A program made the translations under genes and the position numbers. From Actinomycetota bacterium (GTDB lineage: Bacteria; Actinomycetota; Actinomycetes; Actinomycetales; Microbacteriaceae), in NCBI GenBank assembly GCA_041177045.1, contig JBEDBW010000001.1, forward strand, positions 1 through 37,407: 37,407 bases of DNA. The letters are read 5' to 3'. The notes beneath the pieces were generated by a model. The model did not search any database. It was not told the DNA's origin and saw nothing but the letters and a program-made list of their open reading frames with translations. Positions 10,118 through 22,682 of this stretch are shown piece by piece; positions within the stretch are counted from its first letter, which is position 1; every line of letters begins with the position of its first letter.

Positions 10118-11196
10118 TGCTATCTTCAGTCCAGGCTTTACTGGCTGAACATGCAGAGTTGCAAAGCCAACTTTCTGAGGCCTCAGTCCACGCCAATCCA
10201 GTTCTTGCAAAGAAACTTAACCGCAGGTATGCCGAGCTAAACGCAATCGTTTCGGCCTACCATGCCGTTAATGCATTGCAGTCAGATCTAGATGCCGCTA
10301 AAGACATGGCTAAGGAAGATGAGAGCTTCGCAGCTGAAATCCCCGCTTTGGAAGAGTCTCTTCATGAAGGGTCCGAGAAGCTTCGTCGTCTACTTATTCC
10401 TAGAGACCCTGATGATGGTCGCGATGTCATTATGGAAATCAAGGCTGGTGAAGGTGGTGCAGAGTCTGCACTTTTCGCAGCTGACCTTTTCAGAATGTAC
10501 ATCCAGTACGCAAACAGCAAGGGCTGGAAGACAGAAATCCTAGACAAGAACGAATCAGATCTTGGTGGATACAAGGATGTTCAGATTGCTATCAAAGGCA
10601 AGTCATCAGATCCTGCTGAAGGAGTATGGGCTCACCTGAAGTATGAAGGTGGTGTTCACAGAGTTCAGCGTGTTCCAGTAACTGAAACTCAGGGCAGAAT
10701 CCATACTTCAGCTGCTGGTGTTCTAGTCTTCCCTGAAGTAGATGCACCTGAAGAACTTGAAATTGCTGCAAATGAAATTCGTGTTGATGTGTTCAGATCC
10801 TCTGGTCCTGGTGGTCAGTCGGTTAACACAACAGACTCTGCTGTTCGACTAACCCACATTCCAACAGGAATTGTTGTTTCTATGCAGAACGAGAAGTCTC
10901 AGCTACAAAACCGTGAAGCAGCGATGCGTGTTCTTAGAGCACGTCTACTTGCAGCTCAGCAGGAAGCCCTTGAGGCAGAGCTAAGTGCTGCAAGAAAGTC
11001 TCAAGTAAAGAGCGTTGACCGTAGCGAGAGAATTAGAACCTATAACTTCCCAGAGAACCGTATCGCTGATCACCGCACTGGCTATAAGTCATACAACCTT
11101 GATCAAGTTATGGATGGAGCACTAGAGCCTGTAATTCAGTCAGCTATTCAAGCTGATGAAGAAGCAAGACTGGCTGCTCTAGGTGAGAGCGAGTAA
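10117..11196 (+). CDS. prfA: Peptide chain release factor 1
   Basis: [11 protein letters not shown] (PxT), GPGGQSVN (GGQ) and [11 protein letters not shown]. Confidence 0.97.
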   Translation: MLSSVQALLAEHAELQSQLSEASVHANPVLAKKLNRRYAELNAIVSAYHAVNALQSDLDAAKDMAKEDESFAAEIPALEESLHEGSEKLRRLLIPRDPDDGRDVIMEIKAGEGGAESALFAADLFRMYIQYANSKGWKTEILDKNESDLGGYKDVQIAIKGKSSDPAEGVWAHLKYEGGVHRVQRVPVTETQGRIHTSAAGVLVFPEVDAPEELEIAANEIRVDVFRSSGPGGQSVNTTDSAVRLTHIPTGIVVSMQNEKSQLQNREAAMRVLRARLLAAQQEALEAELSAARKSQVKSVDRSERIRTYNFPENRIADHRTGYKSYNLDQVMDGALEPVIQSAIQADEEARLAALGESE

Positions 11197-12047
11197 TGAA
11201 GCTCTCTGCCGCTCTTGAAGCGGCATCTGCAAAGTTTGAAAAAGCCGGCATTGAATCTTTTCAAGCTGATGCAGAAATCCTGTTGGGTTTTGTTCTTGGT
11301 TTATCCAGAGGCGAACTTCAAGTTAAGGCAATTACTGGAGAAGAACTAAATCCAGATGATGCACTCAAGTTCGAAGAACTTGTCGTTAGAAGAGCAGAAC
11401 GTTTTCCTCTTCAACACCTAACCGGTGTTGCTCACTTCAGACAACTGGAACTAAAGGTAGGTCCTGGTGTATTCGTGCCTAGATTTGAAACTGAAGTTGT
11501 TACCCAGATTGCAATCGATGCACTTAGAGCAGTACCTTCGGAAAACCCGATTGCAGTTGATTTAGCAACTGGTTCTGGAGCTATTGCTTTATCTATTGCT
11601 CATGAGATTCCTCATGCCAAGGTCTATGCAGTTGAGCTAAGCGAGGATGCTCTTAGATACACCAGAGCAAACTTTGAAAAGTATGCCCCTGAGGCGACCT
11701 TGGTTCAAGGCGATCTAGCTTATGCTTTTCCTGAACTAAACACTCAGGTGGATGTCTTGGTTTCCAACCCTCCCTACATTCCTGATGCCATGATCCCTAT
11801 CTATCCGGAAGTTCATCTTCATGACCCAGCCCTAGCTCTCTATGGGGGAGAAGACGGGCTTGATCTAGTTCGTAAGGTTGAGGCTTCGGCTAAGAGATTG
11901 CTGAGAGAAGGCGGAGCATTAGTCATTGAGCACGCTGACATGCAAGGTGATGCCATTAGAGAACTAATATTGAGTTTGGGTTGGCGTCAATGCAGAACCC
12001 ATAAGGATTTATCAGGTCGCGATCGAGCGACCTCAGCGATTAGGTAG
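11196..12047 (+). CDS. prmC: Release factor glutamine N5-methyltransferase
   Basis: VFVPRFETE, DLATGSGAI, SNPPY and ALYGGEDGL; follows prfA. Confidence 0.95.
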   Translation: MKLSAALEAASAKFEKAGIESFQADAEILLGFVLGLSRGELQVKAITGEELNPDDALKFEELVVRRAERFPLQHLTGVAHFRQLELKVGPGVFVPRFETEVVTQIAIDALRAVPSENPIAVDLATGSGAIALSIAHEIPHAKVYAVELSEDALRYTRANFEKYAPEATLVQGDLAYAFPELNTQVDVLVSNPPYIPDAMIPIYPEVHLHDPALALYGGEDGLDLVRKVEASAKRLLREGGALVIEHADMQGDAIRELILSLGWRQCRTHKDLSGRDRATSAIR

Positions 12048-12051
12048 GCGG

Positions 12052-12756
12052 GTGGTTGTTATGAAGAATGTGTTTGACTGCTCAGTCGATACAGAATTAC
12101 TAACTGGTATGCGTCTAGCTAAGGTTTCTCTCGGTAGAAACGAGCTAGCGGTTATTCCAACTGACACTGTTTATGGAATTGCAGCTAATGCGTTCTCTCC
12201 TGAAGCAGTTCAAGCTCTTCTTGATGCAAAAGGCAGAGGAAGGCAGTCTCCTCCTCCAGTTCTTATTGCAAATCTCAACATGGCGCGTGCATTAGTTGAA
12301 ACTCTTCCTGATGCTGCAATCAAACTTGCTGAAACTTTCTGGCCTGGAGCATTGACTCTAATTCTTAAAGCTCAGCCATCTCTCTCATGGGATCTAGGAG
12401 AGACCAAGGGAACAGTTGCTCTTAGAGTTCCTGATCACAAGATTGCTTTAGCTCTTATTGAAGAAACAGGTCCACTGGCAGTTTCAAGTGCTAACTTGAC
12501 TGGTCAGCCGGCTGCAACTACCTGTGCTCAAGCACATGGTTATCTTGAAAGTTCAGTACAAGTGTTTTTGGATGGTGGACCTAGTCCAAAAGGCGAAGCT
12601 TCAACAATTCTCGATCTAACCCAGTTAGTTGATACTTACGACTCTGAAGGTAACGTGAGCACCACAGGTCTCATCAAGATTGTCAGACGTGGAGCATTAG
12701 CCGAAGCAAAGATTAGATCTGTCGTTGGAGATTTACTTGAAGTAAGTGCGGGCTAG
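12052..12756 (+). CDS. tsaC: L-threonylcarbamoyladenylate synthase (Sua5/YrdC/TsaC); start may be ATG 12061
   Basis: PTDTVYG, KGR, FWPGALT and SSANLTG motifs. Confidence 0.92.
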   Translation: MVVMKNVFDCSVDTELLTGMRLAKVSLGRNELAVIPTDTVYGIAANAFSPEAVQALLDAKGRGRQSPPPVLIANLNMARALVETLPDAAIKLAETFWPGALTLILKAQPSLSWDLGETKGTVALRVPDHKIALALIEETGPLAVSSANLTGQPAATTCAQAHGYLESSVQVFLDGGPSPKGEASTILDLTQLVDTYDSEGNVSTTGLIKIVRRGALAEAKIRSVVGDLLEVSAG

Positions 12757-13874
12757 TGCGCGCGTATCTCCTTCTTATGGCAATAGCCGGTGTGGTCACC
12801 TACCTAGCCACTTTTGTAGTTAGAAAACTTGCTGATAAATACAACATTTATCCAAAAGCAATTAGGTCAAGAGATATGCACCTAAAGCCAACCCCGCGTA
12901 TCGGTGGATTGGCGATGTTTATAGGCTTTGTGGTTTCAGTATCAATTGCGGCACCTATTGGCTGGTTTGAGGTGGTCTTTGCTGACCCTGGGCCAATCAT
13001 CGCTATTTCCTTAGCAGCACTGGTTGTAATGGCTATTGGTTTCCTAGATGACCTATTTGATCTTGACTGGACCATCAAGTTAGCGGGGCAGTTCCTAGCA
13101 GCTGGAGTTTTGGCTTGGAATGGTGTTCAGATTGTTTCACTGCCAATCTTTGGAATCACAGTTGGTTCGTTTGGTGTTTCCTTCGTAGTTACGGTGTTCC
13201 TGGCTGTTCTAGTTATGAATGCGGTTAATTTCATTGATGGTCTAGATGGCTTGGTTGCCGGGGTAGTCCTAATTGGAACTGTTGTCTTCTTTATCTATTC
13301 ATATCTTTTGGCTCAACAGATTTCACCAACTAACTACTTCAACTTGGCAACAGTCATCTCAGCCATTGTGATTGGTATGTGTGTTGGTTTCTTGCCACAT
13401 AACTGGCACACAGCAAAGATATTCATGGGTGATGGCGGAGCTCTACTGCTAGGTCTTCTTATGACCGCATCAGCTTTGACAGTGACAGGCCAGATTGACC
13501 CTGCTTCGTTGAAGCGAGATGATCTAGTTCCTGCTGTTCTGCCTTTGATTCTTCCTATCTCAATTCTGCTTTTGCCATTACTTGACTTTGCCTTGGCGGT
13601 ACTTAGACGACTGGCTGCTGGTAAGTCACCTTTTGCGGCTGACCGACTACATCTTCACCACAAACTTCAGGACTTCGGCCATGGCCATGTTGGTTCTGTC
13701 TTGGTGTTCTACTTCTGGAGTGCATCAGTTTCAGTTAGCTGTCTACTGCTGTTCCTAACCGACTTTGTCTGGGTAGCAATATTTGCAGTGAGTTCAATAT
13801 CTCTTTCACTTTTGTATACCCTGTGGCCTGCAATCATTAGATTCCGATCAAGAAAGAAGTTAGCTAATGTTTGA
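12756..13874 (+). CDS. MraY/WecA-family polyprenyl-phosphate GlcNAc-1-phosphate transferase
   Basis: PTPRIGG, GFLDD, NAVNFIDGLDGL, IFMGDGG and DRLHLHH motifs; same position as rfe/wecA in actinobacteria. Confidence 0.92.
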   Translation: MRAYLLLMAIAGVVTYLATFVVRKLADKYNIYPKAIRSRDMHLKPTPRIGGLAMFIGFVVSVSIAAPIGWFEVVFADPGPIIAISLAALVVMAIGFLDDLFDLDWTIKLAGQFLAAGVLAWNGVQIVSLPIFGITVGSFGVSFVVTVFLAVLVMNAVNFIDGLDGLVAGVVLIGTVVFFIYSYLLAQQISPTNYFNLATVISAIVIGMCVGFLPHNWHTAKIFMGDGGALLLGLLMTASALTVTGQIDPASLKRDDLVPAVLPLILPISILLLPLLDFALAVLRRLAAGKSPFAADRLHLHHKLQDFGHGHVGSVLVFYFWSASVSVSCLLLFLTDFVWVAIFAVSSISLSLLYTLWPAIIRFRSRKKLANV

Positions 13875-14277
13875 TGATCTAAAGTCTGTAATGACCAGAG
13901 TTCTAAAACTGGGGGCACTACTAGTAGTAGGCATAACCGTGCTTGGTTCGGTCATTGGCTTTCTAATAGCCGGCACTTCAGGACTTCTAGCCGCATTAGC
14001 TGGAGGGGCAGCAGCCTTTGCCTTCACAGCCCTAACAGCTCTGAGCTTGCTATTTGGATCTAAGTTGAACCTGGGTGGTTTCCTAGGAGTGGTTCTAGGT
14101 GGCTGGCTAGTCAAAGTGCTCCTCTTCTTAGTTCTCTTCAGCTTCCTAAGCAGGGCAGAATGGCTAACTTTGAGTGCAAGACCCGTGGTCTTTTTCGTAG
14201 TGGTTGCCGCTGTTATCGGTGGGCTGGTTTTGGACACAATAGTGGTTACCAAAGCCCGAATTGCTCCTTCGGTCTAA
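13867..14277 (+). CDS. Four-TM membrane protein, AtpI-like
   Basis: Four hydrophobic segments with GGWLVK; directly upstream of atpB. Confidence 0.7.
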   Translation: MFDDLKSVMTRVLKLGALLVVGITVLGSVIGFLIAGTSGLLAALAGGAAAFAFTALTALSLLFGSKLNLGGFLGVVLGGWLVKVLLFLVLFSFLSRAEWLTLSARPVVFFVVVAAVIGGLVLDTIVVTKARIAPSV

Positions 14278-14332
14278 TCCCATAAATTGCTGAAAATTTG
14301 GCTCAATAACGGGATTTTGGGTCTGCAGATGC

Positions 14333-14341
14333 TGATACGAT
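14333..14341 (+). promoter_or_regulatory. Putative extended -10 promoter of the atp operon
   Basis: TGA-TACGAT followed a few nt later by a 9-bp leader hairpin. Confidence 0.5.
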
Positions 14342-14428
14342 TTGAGTATCGCTTGCTCCAGACGAAGCGGTACCCACTGTAAATCGCCGCAAGGTTAGGC
14401 ATGGCCTGCCCCGAAACAGGAGTCAAAG

Positions 14429-15274
14429 CTGTTCACTGAAAAGTTGTCACTGCTTAGCGCAGGATTTAGACCTTACACCGCGGGTGAAGGCGACTTTCAG
14501 GCGCCAACCATTCAAGAGTTTTACCCTGCAGTAATTGCATTTGCGGGAACCCCATTCGAGATCAACCGAATCATGTTGATTCGTCTATTGGTTATGACAC
14601 TACTTATTGTTGTTTTCACTCTTTGGGCAGGTAAGTTCCGTAAGAGCACCGCAACTGGCCAGTTTGTTCCTGGCAGATTCCAAATGATGGGCGAGATTTC
14701 ACTGAACTTCGTCCGTAAGTCAATCGCTCACGAACAGCTGGGTGAAAAAGACGGCGATAGATTCCTACCTCTGCTAACCACAATCTTCTTCATTGTTCTG
14801 GGTATGAACATCACAGGCATTGTTCCTGGTCTAAACATTGCTGGAACATCTGTAATTGGTCTACCAATGCTTTTGGCTGGAGTTGCCTATGTGACTTTCA
14901 TCTATGCAGGTGTAAAGCGTCACGGAATGAAGTTCTTCAAGAACTCACTTTTCCCTGCAGGTGTTCCAAAAGCCTTCTACGCACTGGTAACTCCTATTGA
15001 GTTCCTCTCAACTTTCATCCTTCGACCAGTCACTTTGGCTCTTCGTTTGATGATGAACATGATCGCAGGACACCTGCTTTTGGTTCTCTGTTTCACCGCA
15101 ACACATTACTTTTTCTTATACTCTGACGGATTCTTCAAGATCTTCGGAGTAGGAACATTTACCTTCGGGTTTGTCTTCACTCTCTTTGAGATCTTGGTGG
15201 CATTCTTGCAGGCATACGTATTCACCCTGTTGACAACTGTTTACATTCAGCTGTCGTTAGCAGATGAACACTAG
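14429..15274 (+). CDS. atpB: F0 ATP synthase subunit a (start CTG 14429 or TTG 14444)
   Basis: PIEFLSTFILRPVTLALRLMMNMIAGH and FEILVAFLQAYVF. AGGAG lies 6 nt before the in-frame CTG. Confidence 0.96.
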   Translation: MFTEKLSLLSAGFRPYTAGEGDFQAPTIQEFYPAVIAFAGTPFEINRIMLIRLLVMTLLIVVFTLWAGKFRKSTATGQFVPGRFQMMGEISLNFVRKSIAHEQLGEKDGDRFLPLLTTIFFIVLGMNITGIVPGLNIAGTSVIGLPMLLAGVAYVTFIYAGVKRHGMKFFKNSLFPAGVPKAFYALVTPIEFLSTFILRPVTLALRLMMNMIAGHLLLVLCFTATHYFFLYSDGFFKIFGVGTFTFGFVFTLFEILVAFLQAYVFTLLTTVYIQLSLADEH

Positions 15275-15301
15275 GAACAAACTGGGCTAACAAACCGTTA
15301 G

Positions 15302-15583
<282 letters not shown>

Positions 15584-15593
15584 GGTTTCATAA

Positions 15594-16145
15594 ATGACTA
15601 TTGGAATTCACGAACTATTGATGCCGACCTCGGCGTCAGCTAACCCACTCATACCTGCGGTAGCTGACATTGTTTGGTCTGCAGTTGTTTTCGCGATTCT
15701 GTTGGTCTTCTTCTGGCTCAAGGTATTGCCTAACTTCAAAAAGAACATCGATGCAAGAACTGAGGCGATCGAAGGTCGTCTAGCTCAAGCAGAGAAGGCT
15801 CAGGCTGAAGCAGCGGCAAAGACAGCAAACATCGAAGCTGAACAAGCTGAGGCTCGTGCCGAAGCTGCTCAGATTCGTGAATCTGCTAGAGCCGAAGGTG
15901 CAGCAATTCTTGCTGAACTGAAGGAGCAGGCTTCTCTAGAAGCAGCTCGTATGACAGAAACAGCAAAGAAGCAGATCGAAGCAGAACGTCAGTCCGCAAT
16001 TATTTCATTGCGTGCTGAAGTTGGAGCGCTAGCTCTTGACCTAGCTTCATCTGTTGTGGCTCAGAACCTTAAAGAAGACAAGAACGCTTCGAGCATCGTC
16101 TCAGGCTTCCTGGCAGATCTAGAGAAAGACAGCAAGAAGAACTAA
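15594..16145 (+). CDS. atpF: F0 ATP synthase subunit b
   Basis: NPLIP plus one TM segment, then an Ala/Glu-rich coiled coil; operon position. Confidence 0.94.
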   Translation: MTIGIHELLMPTSASANPLIPAVADIVWSAVVFAILLVFFWLKVLPNFKKNIDARTEAIEGRLAQAEKAQAEAAAKTANIEAEQAEARAEAAQIRESARAEGAAILAELKEQASLEAARMTETAKKQIEAERQSAIISLRAEVGALALDLASSVVAQNLKEDKNASSIVSGFLADLEKDSKKN

Positions 16146-16972
16146 TGGCCTCCTCAACTCGTCAAGCACTAGCTCAAGCTAAAGCAGATGCATCTGCCTA
16201 CCTTGGGTCAGACTTGGCATTTGCGATTGACCTCTTTGTAGTTGCCGATGCAATCTCGGGTAGTACCCAGTTGCGTGGCATCCTTTCAGATACTTCCACT
16301 GAAAGCGATGCTAAGAACGCCCTCATCGAGCGCGTATTCAACACAAAGGTCAGTGCAAACGCAATCGAGTTTGTGAAGAAAGTTTGTGCTCTTAGATTCT
16401 CAAGAAGCATGGACCTAGTTATTGTTCTTGAACAACTTGGTGTTCACGCTGCTGCTGCTACCGCTTCGAAGACTAACGTTTTGGACGAAGTTCAGAGCGA
16501 ACTGTTTAGCTTCCAGCAGGTAGTAGCAAGCGACAGAGATCTTCAGTTTGCTTTGAGCAACAAGAGTGCACCTAATGAAACAAAGCTTGCTTTGGTCAAG
16601 GCACTTATTGGCTCAAAGGCTAATGCTGTAACTCTTGCTCTAATCAACCAGGCTGTTGGTTCAGCCCGTGGTCGTCGTGTTGCGATTGTGATTGATCAGT
16701 TTGCTAAGCAGATTGCTGCATACGGTGACTCACTAGTTGCAACAGTCACAGTTTCCAAAGAACTAGAACAAAGCCAGATTGAACGTTTACGTACAACACT
16801 GGCTGGCACTTATGGTCAGCAAATTAGCCTGAACATCGAAATCGATCCTTCGATTATCGGTGGAATGGTTGTTCAAATTGCTGGTGAAATAATCGACGGA
16901 AGCGTAAGCACCCGTCTGCAAAACCTAAAGCTGCAGTTGGTAAAGGCCTCCAGCAGCATCAACCGAAGCTAA
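16145..16972 (+). CDS. atpH: F1 ATP synthase subunit delta (long actinobacterial form)
   Basis: C-terminal IDPSIIGG...EIIDGSVSTRL (OSCP/delta motif); operon position. Confidence 0.93.
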   Translation: MASSTRQALAQAKADASAYLGSDLAFAIDLFVVADAISGSTQLRGILSDTSTESDAKNALIERVFNTKVSANAIEFVKKVCALRFSRSMDLVIVLEQLGVHAAAATASKTNVLDEVQSELFSFQQVVASDRDLQFALSNKSAPNETKLALVKALIGSKANAVTLALINQAVGSARGRRVAIVIDQFAKQIAAYGDSLVATVTVSKELEQSQIERLRTTLAGTYGQQISLNIEIDPSIIGGMVVQIAGEIIDGSVSTRLQNLKLQLVKASSSINRS

Positions 16973-16995
16973 CGCTTCAGAAGTAGAGGAACAAG

Positions 16996-18633
16996 ATGGC
17001 AGATCTAAGCATCAGTCCGAATGAGATTCGCGACGCGCTGAAGGACTTTGCTAAGTCTTACGAGCCAGCTCAGGCTAGCCGTACCGAGATTGGTCACGTA
17101 ATCGATGCCGGTGACGGTATTGCTCACGTTGAAGGCTTGCCAAGTGTGATGGCTAACGAACTTCTAAAGTTCGAAGACGGCACCTTGGGTCTAGCTCAGA
17201 ACCTAGACGAGCGTGAGATCGGTGTGATCATCCTTGGTGAGTTCACCCACATCGTTGAGGGTATGAAGGTAGAGCGCACAGGCGAGATTCTTTCTGTTCC
17301 AGTAGGCGATGACTTCCTTGGTCGCGTTGTAAACCCAGTTGGTGAGCCAATCGATGGCAAGGGAGAGATCAAGTCTTCTGCTCGTCGTGCTCTAGAGCTT
17401 CAGGCTCCTGGTGTTATGGCTCGTAAATCAGTTCACGAGCCTCTACAAACAGGTATCAAGGCTATCGACGCGATGATTCCTATCGGTCGTGGACAGCGTC
17501 AGCTAATCATTGGTGACCGTCAGACTGGTAAGACTGCTATCGCTATCGACGCGATCATCAACCAGAAGGCTAACTGGGAATCAGGCGACCCTTCAAAGCA
17601 GGTTCGTTGTATCTATGTTGCTGTTGGTCAAAAGGGTTCAACAATTGCATCTGTAAAGGGAGCTCTAGAAGCTGCTGGAGCAATGGAGTACACAACTATC
17701 GTTGCATCTCCTGCATCTGACCCAGCTGGTTTCAAGTACCTAGCTCCATATACCGGTTCTGCAATTGGTCAGCACTGGATGTATGACGGCAAGCACGTCC
17801 TAATCATTTTTGATGACCTATCAAAGCAGGCTGAGGCTTACCGTTCGATTTCCCTTTTGCTTCGTCGTCCACCAGGCCGTGAAGCATACCCAGGTGACGT
17901 CTTCTACTTACACTCACGTCTACTAGAGCGTTGTGCAAAGTTGAACGATGAACTTGGTGCAGGTTCAATGACTGGACTTCCAATCATTGAGACCAAGGCA
18001 AACGACGTTTCTGCATACATTCCAACCAACGTAATTTCAATTACCGATGGTCAGATCTTCTTGCAGTCAGACTTGTTCAACGCTAACCAGAGACCAGCTA
18101 TTGACGTAGGTATCTCTGTTTCTCGTGTGGGTGGTGCAGCTCAGGTTAAGGGAATCAAGAAGGTTTCTGGAACATTGAAACTTGAGCTAGCTCAGTACCG
18201 TTCCCTAGAAGCATTCGCGATGTTCGCAAGCGACCTAGATGCTGCTTCACGTCAGCAACTTGCTCGTGGTGCACGTCTAATGCAGCTTCTAAAGCAGCCT
18301 CAGTACTCTCCATACCCAGTTGAAGAGCAGACAGTTTCTATCTGGGCTGGCACAACAGGCAAGCTTGATGAAGTTCCAGTAGAGGACATCTTGAGATTTG
18401 AAAGCGAATTGCTTGACTACCTTCGTCGCAACTCACAGGTTCTAACAACCATCCGCGAGACAAACGATCTCAAGGATGACACTGTTGCAGCTCTAGAAGC
18501 AGACGTAGTGAAGTTCAAGAAGAGCTTCCTAACCGGTGTTGGTAAGCCTCTTTCATCAGTAGGTAACGAGTCAGTTGCAGCTATTGATGAAGAAGAAGTT
18601 GACCAAGAGAAGATTGTGAAGCAGAAGCGCTAA
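16996..18633 (+). CDS. atpA: F1 ATP synthase subunit alpha
   Basis: GDRQTGKT Walker A and [23 protein letters not shown]. Confidence 0.98.
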   Translation: MADLSISPNEIRDALKDFAKSYEPAQASRTEIGHVIDAGDGIAHVEGLPSVMANELLKFEDGTLGLAQNLDEREIGVIILGEFTHIVEGMKVERTGEILSVPVGDDFLGRVVNPVGEPIDGKGEIKSSARRALELQAPGVMARKSVHEPLQTGIKAIDAMIPIGRGQRQLIIGDRQTGKTAIAIDAIINQKANWESGDPSKQVRCIYVAVGQKGSTIASVKGALEAAGAMEYTTIVASPASDPAGFKYLAPYTGSAIGQHWMYDGKHVLIIFDDLSKQAEAYRSISLLLRRPPGREAYPGDVFYLHSRLLERCAKLNDELGAGSMTGLPIIETKANDVSAYIPTNVISITDGQIFLQSDLFNANQRPAIDVGISVSRVGGAAQVKGIKKVSGTLKLELAQYRSLEAFAMFASDLDAASRQQLARGARLMQLLKQPQYSPYPVEEQTVSIWAGTTGKLDEVPVEDILRFESELLDYLRRNSQVLTTIRETNDLKDDTVAALEADVVKFKKSFLTGVGKPLSSVGNESVAAIDEEEVDQEKIVKQKR

Positions 18634-18674
18634 ACAAGCGTTTTTGATTTCAAGAGAAAGTAAAGGACAAAGAC

Positions 18675-19583
18675 ATGGGAGCGCAACTTCGGGTCTATAG
18701 GCAGAAGATTAAATCTGCTCAGACGACCAAGAAGATTACTCGAGCCATGGAGTTGATTTCAGCCTCACGCATTTACAAAGCACAACAGCGTTTGACTGCA
18801 GCTAACCCATATTCTCGAGCGATTACTCGTGCCGTGTCTGCTGTCGCTACCTTCTCTAACATCGATCACCCACTAACTACCGAGCCTAAAGAGATTCGCA
18901 GATCTGCTGTGGTCATCTTCACAAGCGACCGTGGTCTAGCTGGTGCATTCTCAACTAACGTTCTAAAGGAATCTGAGCAACTCACCCAGCTTCTAAAAGA
19001 CCAGGGTAAAGACGTTGTTTACTACCTAGTTGGACGTAAGTCAGTTGGTTTCTTCTCATTCCGTAAGCGTGCTGCTATTCGTAGCTGGACCGGTGGAACA
19101 GATCTTCCAGTATTCACAACAGCAGAAGAGATTTCTAATGCAGTTGTTGATGCCTTCAACCTAGGTTACGAAGACGGTGGAGTAGACGAGATTCACTTGG
19201 TCTACAACAAGTTCGTATCTATGATCAGCCAGGAACCTCAGGTTGTTCGTCTGCTTCCTTTGGAAATCGTTGAGGGTGTTGCAAAGCCTGAAGAGAACGA
19301 AATCTTCCCACTATATGAATTTGAGCCAGATGCATCAAAGGTTCTAGATGCTCTGCTTCCTGTTTACATCGAATCACGTATTTTCAACGCAATGTTGCAG
19401 TCAGCTGCAGCAGAGCACGCAGCAAGACAAAAAGCAATGAAGTCAGCTACTGAAAACGCTGACAAGTTAATCAAGAACTACACAAGGTTGAGCAACTCTG
19501 CTCGACAGTCAGAAATTACCCAACAGATTTCCGAAATCGTTGGTGGTGCCGACGCACTTGTCGACACCAGCGACAAAGAATAG
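18675..19583 (+). CDS. atpG: F1 ATP synthase subunit gamma
   Basis: [17 protein letters not shown] and [16 protein letters not shown]. Confidence 0.98.
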   Translation: MGAQLRVYRQKIKSAQTTKKITRAMELISASRIYKAQQRLTAANPYSRAITRAVSAVATFSNIDHPLTTEPKEIRRSAVVIFTSDRGLAGAFSTNVLKESEQLTQLLKDQGKDVVYYLVGRKSVGFFSFRKRAAIRSWTGGTDLPVFTTAEEISNAVVDAFNLGYEDGGVDEIHLVYNKFVSMISQEPQVVRLLPLEIVEGVAKPEENEIFPLYEFEPDASKVLDALLPVYIESRIFNAMLQSAAAEHAARQKAMKSATENADKLIKNYTRLSNSARQSEITQQISEIVGGADALVDTSDKE

Positions 19584-19591
19584 AAAGATAG

Positions 19592-21036
<1,445 letters not shown>

Positions 21037-21037
<1 letters not shown>

Positions 21038-21297
21038 TGAAGACTCTTCGTGTTGAATTAGTAGCTGCTGACCGAGCTGTATGGTCAGGGGATGCCAAGA
21101 TGGTAATCGCTAAGACTGTTGAAGGTGAGATTGGTCTTCTACCAGGACACGAACCTATGCTGGCAATCTTGGCTTCAGGTGATGTTCGCATCACCTTGCC
21201 AACTGGCGAGAACATCAAGGCAACAGCTGCTGATGGTTTCCTATCAGTTGAGCACGATGTAGTAACCATCGTTGCTAGAGATGCTCAACTAGCCTAA
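21037..21297 (+). CDS. atpC: F1 ATP synthase subunit epsilon (beta-sandwich domain only)
   Basis: GEIGLLPGHEP and DGFLSV; 86 aa. Confidence 0.95.
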
Positions 21298-21303
21298 AGA
21301 TCT

Positions 21304-21343
21304 AAAGAAAAAGCCCCGAGAATGCCTCGGGGCTTTACTCTTT
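21304..21343. terminator. Bidirectional intrinsic terminator
   Basis: AAAGCCCCGAG-AATGC-CTCGGGGCTTT stem with A-rich left and T-rich right flanks, between convergent genes. Confidence 0.88.
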
Positions 21344-21357
21344 AAAGTATTTCTTGC

Positions 21358-22677
21358 CTACTTCGCAGCTTCATCCATTTGAATGTAGTCACTGTCTAAG
21401 CTTGTGACGCTACCTAGGTGACCTGTTTCATCAAAGTAATGAATTCCTGGAACAACCCAAGCGTTTCTCTTGAGGTCATAAATTGTTACTAGGCCTATGA
21501 CTGCTTTAGTAACCTTGACATCTATTTCTACAGGGGTGGAATTACCTTTACCTTGTTTGCCATCGAATAGTCGCTGCTTTTCTTCCCAGGGCATGCCATC
21601 CAAAGATTTCTTGCTCAAAACAAAAGGCTTCCTAACACTTGGAAGTGTGATGTAACCATTTAGGCGCTCAATGGCTTGCTCCGAATTCAAGGTTTTGAAT
21701 AGACCCATGTCTTCGCCCTGATTTAGAATTCCTTCAATCATGAATACTTTATTTGAACCTGTGAACCAATGAAAATACAGTGAATTGGCAGTTGGTTCAC
21801 CACCTAGCACTAAGCTTGCCGAAACGCTCAATTCCGACCGGGTCTCGGTTACTTGAATGAGGAACTCATTGTCTTGAAGATCTGCCAACTCGATACTTGA
21901 AACTATCCCGAGCTTCTGGAGGAACTGCTGCGCAAATTTAGCAGCTTCGGTCTCAGATGGCATGTTTTCGAAGGCCACTTCTGAGCAGTTTTCCTTAGGC
22001 CGCCTACTGTCCTTATCCTGGCAACGAACCCAGTCCTTGCCCGATTGATCTACAACCGAAATGTAGGTTGCTGTATTCAAGTTTGATACGTGAACCCTCT
22101 TATCATCACGAAGAGCACCTGCACCGTACAGGGTTTCGGTTTCAAGCGGTGAGATCTTTTCTACTGTCTTGACAATAGGTTTGTCGATATTGAACTCTTC
22201 TTTCAGCATTGTCGCTATTTCGAGTTCTCGACCAAAATTCGACAGTTTGTAAACATGGCCATCAGGGGAATCGTTACTTAGGTTTGGGGCAAATGTGTAG
22301 TTCCATTTAACAGGAACACCAGCCGTTATTCCCACATCATTGCAGCGTCGGTTCACACTTGCACAGTCAGCAATCGAAGAACCTAGCTCCCCATTGAGAT
22401 AAACAGTATCGGTGCCGTTTGCCTCTCCCAGGTCAAGTCTGAGTTTGGTGGAGGAAGTGTTGGCAACAAACATTGGCAAGGCTATCAATGCCACAAGAGC
22501 TGGAGTTGCAAGAAAGGCTAGTTTTGCACGAAAGCTAAACGTTCTTCGATTTCCGCCAGTTCGCCTTGACTCACTCTTTTGCAGAAGATGCTCCACTCGA
22601 GACACGGAAGCATCTTTGGGCTTAGCTTGTTTGAGTTGTTCAAGCGGATCATTGGTGTTATTTAAGTTGTTTTCCAT
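21358..22677 (-). CDS. Single-TM protein with large extracytoplasmic domain; putative anti-sigma factor
   Basis: About 50-aa polar/basic N-terminus, TM segment LAFLATPALVALIALPMFVA, then about 365 aa of soluble domain; starts 5 nt after the ECF sigma stop. Confidence 0.65.
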   Translation of the reverse strand: MENNLNNTNDPLEQLKQAKPKDASVSRVEHLLQKSESRRTGGNRRTFSFRAKLAFLATPALVALIALPMFVANTSSTKLRLDLGEANGTDTVYLNGELGSSIADCASVNRRCNDVGITAGVPVKWNYTFAPNLSNDSPDGHVYKLSNFGRELEIATMLKEEFNIDKPIVKTVEKISPLETETLYGAGALRDDKRVHVSNLNTATYISVVDQSGKDWVRCQDKDSRRPKENCSEVAFENMPSETEAAKFAQQFLQKLGIVSSIELADLQDNEFLIQVTETRSELSVSASLVLGGEPTANSLYFHWFTGSNKVFMIEGILNQGEDMGLFKTLNSEQAIERLNGYITLPSVRKPFVLSKKSLDGMPWEEKQRLFDGKQGKGNSTPVEIDVKVTKAVIGLVTIYDLKRNAWVVPGIHYFDETGHLGSVTSLDSDYIQMDEAAK

Positions 22678-22682
22678 ATTAG

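Noticed and set aside
13860-14252. 130-aa basic minus-strand ORF
   Set aside because: Antisense to the hydrophobic AtpI-like gene, which fits the operon context.
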